Shown here in pieces: positions 20,422 through 28,615 of a DNA stretch of 64,000 bases (positions are counted from its first letter, which is position 1; every line of letters starts with the position of its first letter). This DNA comes from Desulfatiglandales bacterium (GTDB taxonomy: Bacteria > Desulfobacterota > DSM-4660 > Desulfatiglandales > Desulfatiglandaceae), in assembly GCA_963662465.1 (NCBI GenBank), contig OY759599.1, positions 3,712,001-3,776,000 of the forward strand, read 5' to 3'. Position numbers and translations under genes: made by a program. The notes under the pieces were generated by a model. The model was given only the letters and a program-made list of their open reading frames with translations. It searched no databases and was not told where the DNA came from.

Positions 20422-20665
20422 TTAAAACCGCGCCTCCTGAATATCCCTGGCCCTCATCACCCTTTCCAGGACCAACGCGGAAGCCTCCCCGTCTGAAATA
20501 CCGGAAAGGTCTCTGTAGGGCGCCGCCGGCACCGCCAGATGAATGTCGATCCGGTCCAGCAGGGGCCCCGATATTTTGGTCCTGTATCGCTGAATCTGTA
20601 AGGTAGAACAGGTGCATTCCCGCTTGGTGTCGCCCAGAAAGCCGCACGGATGCGGGTTCAACATG
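20422..20665 (-). pseudogene. comM: Internal fragment of ComM/YifB (Mg-chelatase-like AAA+)
   Basis: NPHPCGFLGD...CTC...QRYRTKISGPLLDRIDIH...ARDIQEARF; ~80 aa with no N-terminal half. Confidence 0.8.
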
Positions 20666-20684
20666 CAGGGACTCACATATCCAT

Positions 20685-20920
20685 TTGAATTACCTGAATA
20701 TTTCTGTGAATCCGCCATATTTGAAACCCCCAAAAACCCCAAAAAACGAGTTCGGGCTACCAAACAAAGATTACTATTTCACACGGGATGTATGCAAGGC
20801 ATTAAACATCAAACCAGACACTTTCAGATCAAGAATTTATGCAGGGCATTATCCTGAATATGGAAAGATCGGCGTAAAGAGAATTTCCACAATCGAATAA
20901 ATTCAAGAACTCATCTACAA
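20685..20920 (+). pseudogene. Excisionase/MerR-like HTH relic
   Basis: YFTRDVCKALNIKPDTFRSRIYAG...KRISTIE*IQEL; a stop interrupts the typical C-terminal helix. Confidence 0.4.
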
Positions 20921-21089
20921 ATGATGTCATATTTGTTAAGCTCCATTTCAAATTTTGTTCAACATAGAGGTAAAAGGGTCGTTGGCGCGCGCCAACGTGC
21001 GCTTCGTATTCCAACGCTAAGAATAAAAATTCAGTTATTTCAATTATTTAAAAAATAAGGAAATCCATTTTATAAATCCTGCCTTTTTT

Positions 21090-21486
21090 CTAGCAGCCAT
21101 ATGGCCTCAGTATATGCTCAGTTAAGGCCATCGTTCATCCACTTAAGAAAATCCAAATATCTACTTTTCTTACCTTTCGATACCGGCTCCATGCGCCATT
21201 GATGGTTCTCTTTTTATTGGCACAAGTGGTTCCGCTTTGGTTAGCGCCCAAGATTCCTTCCTGTAGCTGCGCTTTCCACCTGCTGATCACCGTAGGGTGA
21301 ACACCATACTGAGATTATAGCTCGGCAGCAGTTTGATTTCCTTTTAATGCATCCATGGCGATTTGAGATTTTACTTTGGGGTTGTAATTTTTTCTTTTCA
21401 TTTTTTTGTTTGTCTCCCAATTTTTTGGTTTGAGCTACTTATATTTCATAGCTTAAATACCTGTCCGGAAATTGAGGTTAATTATA
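21090..21486 (-). mobile_element. Degenerate IS3-family remnant
   Basis: Minus strand from 21401: MKRKNYNPKVKSQIAMDALKGNQTAAEL*SQYGVHPTVISRWK (OrfA HTH with a stop); IR-like ...AATTTCCGGACA at ~21462-21486. Confidence 0.65.
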
Positions 21487-21562
21487 CTTTTCAGTCTTGG
21501 ACAAACCGTCAGAATAGGTAAGCTGAAAGTCCCAATGGCTTAAAGAAGCAATCTTTTTCAAG

Positions 21563-22528
21563 TTAGGCAGCCTTTTCATCCGCCTTCATGAATGAATATT
21601 TAAAGGCATTATCGATCAGCCCTCGAATTTCCTTTTCCCCAAACTGAAAATGATCCCGTAGAATTCCCAGCTCCCGGCTCAGTGTGGTGTTGAAAAAGGC
21701 GGGATCATCCGTGTTGATGACGATGGGCACACTCATCTCAAAGAGACGCCTGATCAGGTGGGCTTTCAGCGATGAAACTGCCTTTAACATGACATTGCTG
21801 GTGGGAGAAATCTCTAAGGGAACATTTCTTTTCGCCACGCGTTCGACCAGTTTCGGGTCTTGGACGAGGCTGATGCCGTGTCCGATCCGCTCGGCGCCCA
21901 GGATGTCCAGGGCCTGCGCGATCTGGTTTGGGGAGGCAAATTCCCCGGCATGCGCCACACGCCGCAAACCCAATTCACCGGCCCTGCGAAACGTGTTGGC
22001 GAAGGGGGCCATATCGTTTTCTGTTTCAGTGCCGGCAAGATCAATACCCACGATCCTTTCCGTTCGGTGTTCTAAAATAAGATCCAGGGTCTGTTCTCCC
22101 GCATCAGGCCCCGCCGTTCTGGGAATAGCGCAGATCAAACGAACCGTTGATCCGTGACGCTTTTCACCCTCGGCAAGACCCGATTCGATGCCGCGAAAGA
22201 GCGCTTGGGCGCTTGCCCCCTGAAACACGTGAAAAAGAGGCATGAAAGATGCCTCGGTGTACCGAATGTTTTGGGCGGCCTGGCCGGCCACGAAGTCAGC
22301 GGCCATGATATGAAAGTCTTCTTCGTCTTTAAGGTATTCCGAGATAAACAAAAACACGGCGTTAAATTCGTCGAAGTTGTTGAAAACATAAGGGCTTTTG
22401 TGTAGCGGCCCTTTTCCTCTCCGTCCCCTGAGCCGGTTCAGGGTCCTAATCCCAATGCTTCCCTCAAGATGAACATGCAGTTCCGCCTTGGGCAATTGTC
22501 TGATCTGATGCTCAAATTCGTTATTCAC
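21563..22528 (-). CDS. add: Adenosine/adenine deaminase
   Basis: PKAELHVHLEGS, AHAGE, RIGHG, SPTSN, INTDDP; GTG start at 22528 with GGAGGG RBS. Confidence 0.9.
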   Translation of the reverse strand: MNNEFEHQIRQLPKAELHVHLEGSIGIRTLNRLRGRRGKGPLHKSPYVFNNFDEFNAVFLFISEYLKDEEDFHIMAADFVAGQAAQNIRYTEASFMPLFHVFQGASAQALFRGIESGLAEGEKRHGSTVRLICAIPRTAGPDAGEQTLDLILEHRTERIVGIDLAGTETENDMAPFANTFRRAGELGLRRVAHAGEFASPNQIAQALDILGAERIGHGISLVQDPKLVERVAKRNVPLEISPTSNVMLKAVSSLKAHLIRRLFEMSVPIVINTDDPAFFNTTLSRELGILRDHFQFGEKEIRGLIDNAFKYSFMKADEKAA

Positions 22529-23558
22529 CAGGCCCTCCGACTTTTTTCCAGTCCTCTTGGACCATTTCCAGAAGCCTTTGAGCCCGTTGAAAATGAATGT
22601 GGATCCCTTCCCAGTGGGGCCGTCGGGCTGTTTTCTGCATGAGCAGCCCATCGTTTTCGAACCATCCGGGCAACAGACCGCTCAGGAAGAACCGGCGCTC
22701 TCTCAGGATGTCCACGGCAGTACCAATCCATGGCCAGGCAAGGTTCAGCCAGACCTGCACCACCTGAACGTCTTTCTCTTTGATGTCCTGTTCCAGTTTG
22801 TTAACGGCCGACGCAAAGTCGTATCCCGCCTCATGGACGGCCACCCGGGCCACTTGGGCAAAGTCAAAGATTTCCACTTTCATTCGAGTCTTGGTGTTGG
22901 AAGGCAAGTCCTTTTCAGAGGCTACGAACCGGCGTTCGTCGTCAAACCCCTCATAGATGAATGTAAGCGGTTTCCGGTAAGCGTAAGGGATGTGGACCGG
23001 ATGCGGCCGGGACCTGAGCGTCTTCACATCCAGCAATACTGAGACGCGGCCTACGGCGCTCATTTCCTTTTCGTAGGCAGATGCGGGCATCAGGTCAACC
23101 TGGACGGCATGGGTGATCCAGCCGAGACCATGGCACATTTTCTGGCTGAAGGGATGGTTGCAGACGGATTCGCCATAGATGGCCTCGATTCCAAATTTGT
23201 GTGCGGCCACTTCCTGGCCGTGGGCCACCAGTCGGGTGAAAATCCCCTTTCCTCCCCGGTATCCGGCGTCTACCAGACCCGCCCCCGATTCGTAAATGCG
23301 GTCATGGGGGGCGCTTCTAAAGAGTGCATTGTGACCCACGATGTCGCCCGTTTCAGTCCTGGCAACGCTTGAAATGGTCACGCCCCTGGCGTTTTCTTCT
23401 TTGAGCCGTGCCGATTCCACGTAGGTGCGGATAGGGTAGTTCTCCCCATAAACAGCCAGAAAGAGCCGGACCACGCCTTCCGCGTCTTCGGGACGAAAGA
23501 GGTCCACAATCCAGTGTTGACCCGGTTCAATGGCAGATTGTTCTTTCAGTTTCCTCAT
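22521..23558 (-). CDS. GNAT-fold hypothetical protein
   Basis: 'FRPEDAEGVVRLF..VYG..YP', 'IVGH', 'LVDAGYRGGKGIF' (acetyl-CoA motif-like). Confidence 0.65.
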   Translation of the reverse strand: MRKLKEQSAIEPGQHWIVDLFRPEDAEGVVRLFLAVYGENYPIRTYVESARLKEENARGVTISSVARTETGDIVGHNALFRSAPHDRIYESGAGLVDAGYRGGKGIFTRLVAHGQEVAAHKFGIEAIYGESVCNHPFSQKMCHGLGWITHAVQVDLMPASAYEKEMSAVGRVSVLLDVKTLRSRPHPVHIPYAYRKPLTFIYEGFDDERRFVASEKDLPSNTKTRMKVEIFDFAQVARVAVHEAGYDFASAVNKLEQDIKEKDVQVVQVWLNLAWPWIGTAVDILRERRFFLSGLLPGWFENDGLLMQKTARRPHWEGIHIHFQRAQRLLEMVQEDWKKVGGPGE

Positions 23559-23573
23559 GGTTTTCCATTTTCG

Positions 23574-24689
23574 TCAGCGCTTGTCGTTGATGATTGTTGC
23601 CAGTGATGTCACGAATGCTTCCATGGCTTCTGTTTTCGAAATGGTCAGGCGGATATAATTAGGAAATCGAAATCCGGTCATGGTGCGGACCATAACCCCC
23701 CGGCGCATGAGTTTCCGGTATGCCAGGCTGTCGCTCATGGGGAGTTTAATCATCAGAAAGTTGCCTTCGCCGCTCACAAAAGGAAGGCCCATGAGCGAAA
23801 GTTCCCTGGTTACAAACCGCTTTCCCCGGGCCACCATGTCCCGGGTTTTAAGAATATGTTCCGGGTCGTCCATGGCCACCATGGCGGCTTCCTGGGCCAG
23901 GGCGTTTACCGAATAGACCACGCAGGTCCTTCGTATCATGTCCACCACCTCCCGGGAACCGGCCAGATAGCCGATGCGGAGTCCCGCCAGGGCATACATT
24001 TTGCTGAAAGTCCGGAAGATCACCAGATTCGGGTATTCTTCAATCATGGAAATGCCGTCCGGATAGTCGGGGTTTTCGACAAACTCAAAGTAGGCTTCGT
24101 CCACCACGACGATTCTGCGTCCACCGATCCGTTCCAGAAAACAGCGCAGCCGGTTTTCACTCCAGTAGGCGCCCGTGGGATTGTTGGGGTTGCAGAGAAA
24201 AATGATTTTGGTGCGGTCGTCGATCAATTGAAAAATAGCCTCTTCATGGAAGGCATGGTCCACGAGCGGCGCGAGTCTGACATCAAACCCCGAGAATTTG
24301 GCGACCCATTCATATACAGCAAAGGTTTTGTCCGCCGTGACGATATTATCCCCTTCGCGGCAAAAGGCCTTGATCACGAAACCGATCACCTCGTTTGCGC
24401 CGTTTCCCACCAGGAATTGATCGGGATGGAGTCCCAGATAGCGGGCCAGTTTGCAGCGCAGATGATAGGCGTCTCCACTGGGATAAACGGATGCCCTGGG
24501 GGGTGGAAACCGGTCAATCACCTTCCGTGCCGGTCCCGGGGGACCCAGGGGATTTTCGTTGTTATTGAGCCTTATCAGTCTGTTGCACCCATATTGCCGC
24601 ATGAGTTCGTCATCGGGTCTGCTGGGGATATAGGGCTCAAAGTTTTTGACGTGGGCGGGGACCAGCCGGTTCAGGGGGGGGGCTTTCAT
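23574..24689 (-). CDS. hisC: Histidinol-phosphate aminotransferase-like PLP enzyme (class II)
   Basis: LNNNENPLG, GNGANE, CNPNNPTG, DEAY, RTFSKMYALAGLRIGY; it lies outside a his operon, so it may be a paralog. Confidence 0.75.
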   Translation of the reverse strand: MKAPPLNRLVPAHVKNFEPYIPSRPDDELMRQYGCNRLIRLNNNENPLGPPGPARKVIDRFPPPRASVYPSGDAYHLRCKLARYLGLHPDQFLVGNGANEVIGFVIKAFCREGDNIVTADKTFAVYEWVAKFSGFDVRLAPLVDHAFHEEAIFQLIDDRTKIIFLCNPNNPTGAYWSENRLRCFLERIGGRRIVVVDEAYFEFVENPDYPDGISMIEEYPNLVIFRTFSKMYALAGLRIGYLAGSREVVDMIRRTCVVYSVNALAQEAAMVAMDDPEHILKTRDMVARGKRFVTRELSLMGLPFVSGEGNFLMIKLPMSDSLAYRKLMRRGVMVRTMTGFRFPNYIRLTISKTEAMEAFVTSLATIINDKR

Positions 24690-26006
24690 TGTTGTGGCCC
24701 TTTCCATTGAAAGAACACCAGATCGCCCTCACCCCCATAGGGAAGCAGGATTTGGGGCTCAAACCCATTGTCGAGAAGGGCCGGCGTAAAATGGGCCTGC
24801 CAGGAAACCCCCAGATCCATCGTAAAAAATACGTTTGGAATGGATTCCCTGCTGAAGAGCGACAGGTGATTCACGATATTTTCCCGAAAATCGGTTCCGA
24901 AGCGTATGGGTTTCAGGAAAACGCTGTTTTGGGCACGGTTAAACCTTGCCGTAAAAACCGAGAAACGGGATTTGAATTCCCCCCGGTCGGTTACCAGGTG
25001 GATTTCCCGCGGCAGTACCAGTTCATCAAAGGCCTTTGAAAGAAAGTCCTGAAGCTGGGGATGGGACCACACGAATGCGCCGGGATCTTCGTGCAGATGT
25101 CGAAAGTAAATGTCCTGAAAAACCGTGGACCCGTCTTCCCGATGCAGATCAACAGTGCCCACAGCTTCGAAATAGCCTTCGGGAAGATCATCGGTGGGAA
25201 ACTGATTTGAGAGAACCACCGCCTGGGTGCGTGCGATGGCCGTAAGACATGCGTCCAAAAGTGCGCTTCCCATTGAAGCGTGGGGCCCCTGGTTGAACAG
25301 GTACGGACCGTAACATTCCACCAGCCTGTCACTCCGCCGGCGCCAGACGATGCCGCCTCCCACATGGCTGTCTTTTCCCACCGCCAGGGCGGCCCTGTAG
25401 TCCCCCCCCTTTACCATGTCAACCAGTTTTCCCGGGTATTTGAAAAAATCAGGTGTTATCTTTTCCCGGTAATACTGATTCACCAGCAGTGAGAAAATTT
25501 TCAGTTCTTCCGATTCCACGTCGCGGATCGTAAATGCCGAAAGAGGCCGCGCACAAATGCCGGGCTCACGGTTTAAAGGGGGGGTATTCCTTTTCCTTGA
25601 TGAGCAAAAGCCGCAGGCCACCTTCATTTTCCTCAAGGATCTCAAAGCGATCTAAGGCGCGGGATGCGATCAGAAGTCCCATCTCATCGAGACTGGTCTC
25701 ATCATCAACGGATATGCTGGCCGTGAGATTGAAGGCATGCATGTTGAAATCTTCAACGGAAAAGGCAAAGGCCGCCTGAACATAATAACCGCCGCTGGTG
25801 CACTGTATTTCAACGGCATTTTCAGGGGTGGAAGTCCCGCAGAGATAGGAGAAGATTTCCTCCGTTGCCAGGGTCAGGGACAATGCCCGGGTCTTTTGCA
25901 GTCCCAGACCCACTGCCGCATTTTCCACAAACGCGGTTGCCAGCGGCAAAAACACGGGATCCACATACGTTTTCAGGATTACATTTCTATGTGGTCTGTT
26001 GGTCAA
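24686..26006 (-). CDS. RsbW/HATPase-like N-terminus + GNAT-like domain protein, split by a 1-nt frameshift in C7 (25578-25584)
   Basis: 'LTLATEEIF', 'MGLLIASRALD' resemble anti-sigma N/G boxes; removing one C joins KEYPP to LNREPG; TTG start at 26006 with GGGAGG RBS. Confidence 0.6.
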
Positions 26007-26107
26007 AGGCACCCTCCCGATAGCCCAGGTGAATACACACACGGTTTATCACCGCATACTCACATGGGGCCCGAATTGGAAATGTCGACGTTGTTCCAGA
26101 AAAGACG

Positions 26108-26123
26108 GCATAACAAGTGCCGG
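26108..26123 (-). promoter_or_regulatory. Putative sigma54 -24/-12 promoter
   Basis: CCGGCAC-TTGTT-ATGC (GG-N10-GC), ~100 nt upstream of the 26006 start. Confidence 0.45.
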
Positions 26124-26145
26124 CAGGATACTTGAAAGGGAGATA

Positions 26146-26201
26146 CCGGTCAAGGTGTTAGCCTTGCGACTGAAAAAAGCGCCGAAATCAACATCGAAAT
26201 C
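26146..26201. repeat. ~56-bp direct repeat, copy 1 (copy 2 at 27869-27925)
   Basis: CCGGTCAAGG..GTTAGCCTTGCGACTGAAAAAAGCGC.GAAATCAA.ATCGAAATC at both sites. Confidence 0.85.
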
Positions 26202-26252
26202 GGTTGGGATATCATTCCGGCCGGAACCCAAAAATAAGCGGTGAAATCCGGT

Positions 26253-27623
26253 TCATTTTAATTGCTGGGATAGTTTGTCGTTGGATATCATCCATTTTAA
26301 ACATTCTGCAATAGAACCGGTTAAATAAAATGGGAGGTTGAGCAGCAAGAATTCTTTCCCATTAAACGTTTTGATTTGATTGATTTCCAATGGTCCGGAA
26401 TAAATCCTTACAGCATATTTATGAGGTGCGCGGTCCATGAACTGATGAAGAGAGCGAAGCCGACCCGTGGCAGCAGATTTTACTTCAACGGGTATGACCA
26501 GCCCCTCATATTGAATCAGGAAGTCAACTTCGGCATTGGACTGTTTTTTCTCTCGGTTCCAAAATTGCAGCCTGTATAGAGGGGATGTTTCAGCAGCGAG
26601 AAGTTCCTGGCCGACAATATGCTCTGCTATTTTTCCCTGATAGACGGAATCAATACCGTTGGCTCCAAAAAGGTCTTTTTGAAATCCACCAAAATAGTTT
26701 AACATTCCAGTGTCAACGACTTGAAGCCGTGGTGATTTTTTGGTGTTTGGCCGCAGCGGAGGCGCCACAGAGGAAGAAGGATATAAAAGATAAATCAACA
26801 TTGCTTTTTCCAATACTCTTAATGCTTCACCCATCTCCCTTGATTTATAGTTAGAATTGCCAAAACCTTGGAATTTAATCCTGCGGCCTGCTTCATAGAA
26901 CGCATTTGAGACAGCATGACGAATTACATTTACCATTGTTCTGTTCCGAGCATATTTTTCGACGTCATCAAGATAAGAGACGATTAAACTGTCAAATATG
27001 CTGCTTAGAGCAACGATATCTTTCCGAGCAGAATAATTTTGAACTATTTCCGGCATACCCCCGATGAGTGCGTAGGTATTGAATAATTTCATTAACTTGT
27101 CATGTGCAAAATCCGGGACGGGGATGCCTCCATTAAGAATGTCCAAGCTGGACTTTTCTGATAAAGCATTTAAAAATTCCTTAAAGCTAAGTGGCTTCAT
27201 CACAAGGTATTCCACCCTGCCAACAGGGAAGCTGATATGTGTATCAATGAGTGTTTCTAAAAGAGACCCGGCCGCAATGACGTACAATTCCGGAAATGCT
27301 TCATAAAAATATCTGAGATAAGAAACAGCTGATGGGCTGTTTTGAATTTCATCTATGAATATTAAAATACTGCTGTTATTTCTTACCTGGTTTTTATGAA
27401 AGAAAATTGCCTGAAGCAAATCTTCTATTGAATGATTCTGCTCGAAAATATTTTGCTCCGCTTTAATTTCAAGATTCAGATATAGATACTGTTCGAATTG
27501 TTCTGAAAAAAGGTTGATGGCAGTTGTTTTTCCGACTTGCCTTGCTCCTCTCAGAATCAGTGGTTTTCGGTCTTTCTTTTTTCTCCATCCTGATAAATTT
27601 TTCAAAATATCCCTATTGAACAT
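26253..27623 (-). CDS. AAA_14 ATPase with DUF4143 C-terminus
   Basis: GARQVGKT, FIDEIQ, AAGS, GGMPE, EVDF...PVEVKS. Confidence 0.88.
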   Translation of the reverse strand: MFNRDILKNLSGWRKKKDRKPLILRGARQVGKTTAINLFSEQFEQYLYLNLEIKAEQNIFEQNHSIEDLLQAIFFHKNQVRNNSSILIFIDEIQNSPSAVSYLRYFYEAFPELYVIAAGSLLETLIDTHISFPVGRVEYLVMKPLSFKEFLNALSEKSSLDILNGGIPVPDFAHDKLMKLFNTYALIGGMPEIVQNYSARKDIVALSSIFDSLIVSYLDDVEKYARNRTMVNVIRHAVSNAFYEAGRRIKFQGFGNSNYKSREMGEALRVLEKAMLIYLLYPSSSVAPPLRPNTKKSPRLQVVDTGMLNYFGGFQKDLFGANGIDSVYQGKIAEHIVGQELLAAETSPLYRLQFWNREKKQSNAEVDFLIQYEGLVIPVEVKSAATGRLRSLHQFMDRAPHKYAVRIYSGPLEINQIKTFNGKEFLLLNLPFYLTGSIAECLKWMISNDKLSQQLK

Positions 27624-27823
27624 TGTTGTCCCATTGCTTGCTTGTCTTTTTTGTCATGAAGTAAGAGATATTTAATGTCTTAATTGAGACAAAGTCAATG
27701 ATAATTTTTATTTTTCTTGTAAGATAGTCAGCCATTTTGAAATCCGTGGACATAATACCTGTTTTTATGACTTTTTCGTTTTCTTGTCGGACCAAACTAA
27801 CGGCCTACAATACTGGGTTAGGA

Positions 27824-27925
27824 ATGTGGACCGAGTGCGACCGGGACCTGAGCGTCTTCACATCCATGCCGGTCAAGGCCGTTAGCCTTGCGACTGAAAA
27901 AAGCGCGGAAATCAAAATCGAAATC
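27824..27925. repeat. Chimeric repeat: copy of 22990-23032 fused to a copy of 26146-26201
   Basis: 27824-27866 matches 22990-23032 (40/43); 27869-27925 matches 26146-26201. Confidence 0.85.
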
Positions 27926-28615
27926 AGAAAAACAGTTCATTCATGTTAATGCGCCGAAAACAGGTTGAGGCTGGTCGGTTATGTGGTCCTCGAAAACCAC
28001 CTTCAAATCGTGGGGCAAATCTCCCAGATGTGAATTCCGGGCATCGGGTGCTTCATTTTTGGATTGGCATCACGTTTTTGGGGGATACAATTGTCATCAG
28101 GTTGATTTTGGGATGACTACAACATATTGTACCCTCCGGCTCTCTGTTAGAATTTATCAACATCCAGGTATGAGGCTCATATCTGTAATTTTATAATATT
28201 TCAGGTATGTTGGAGGTATGTCAAGTCTGATGGCATCAAAAAAATGACACTTTTCATACGTCCTTCGACACTCAGTTGGCCCTCTCCCAATGATGATATC
28301 ACAACCTTTCAGCTGCGAGAAATCGGTCGTAATATCCATTCCGACTGGGATAGTAGAATTGACTTCCGAAAAGGCGAAAAGTATTCGGGCAATCATCAAA
28401 ACTGGAGGGGAGGTGGTGACCCCGTGCCAGAAGCCACCTGACGACTTTATTTAATTGGCGACAGGCCAATCCTGCCGTCAAAAGGACCGTGTAATCCCTA
28501 ATCGTCCCTCCCCATATATAAATTTCTTATTTTTGGACTTAAAAACAATTTCTTATTCGGTTTTTCCCTCCAGTAATTTATTCAATATGAAATCTGGATT
28601 TTGATAAAAATTCAA

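Noticed and set aside
23856..24710. 284-aa plus-strand ORF and similar antisense ORFs throughout the window
   Set aside because: Shadows of well-supported genes on the opposite strand
28436..28560. Third attC site downstream of the M23 gene
   Set aside because: Only a weak right half (…TTAAAT-AAAGTC-GTCAGGT); no R'' box complementary to the cassette start GTTGTGC
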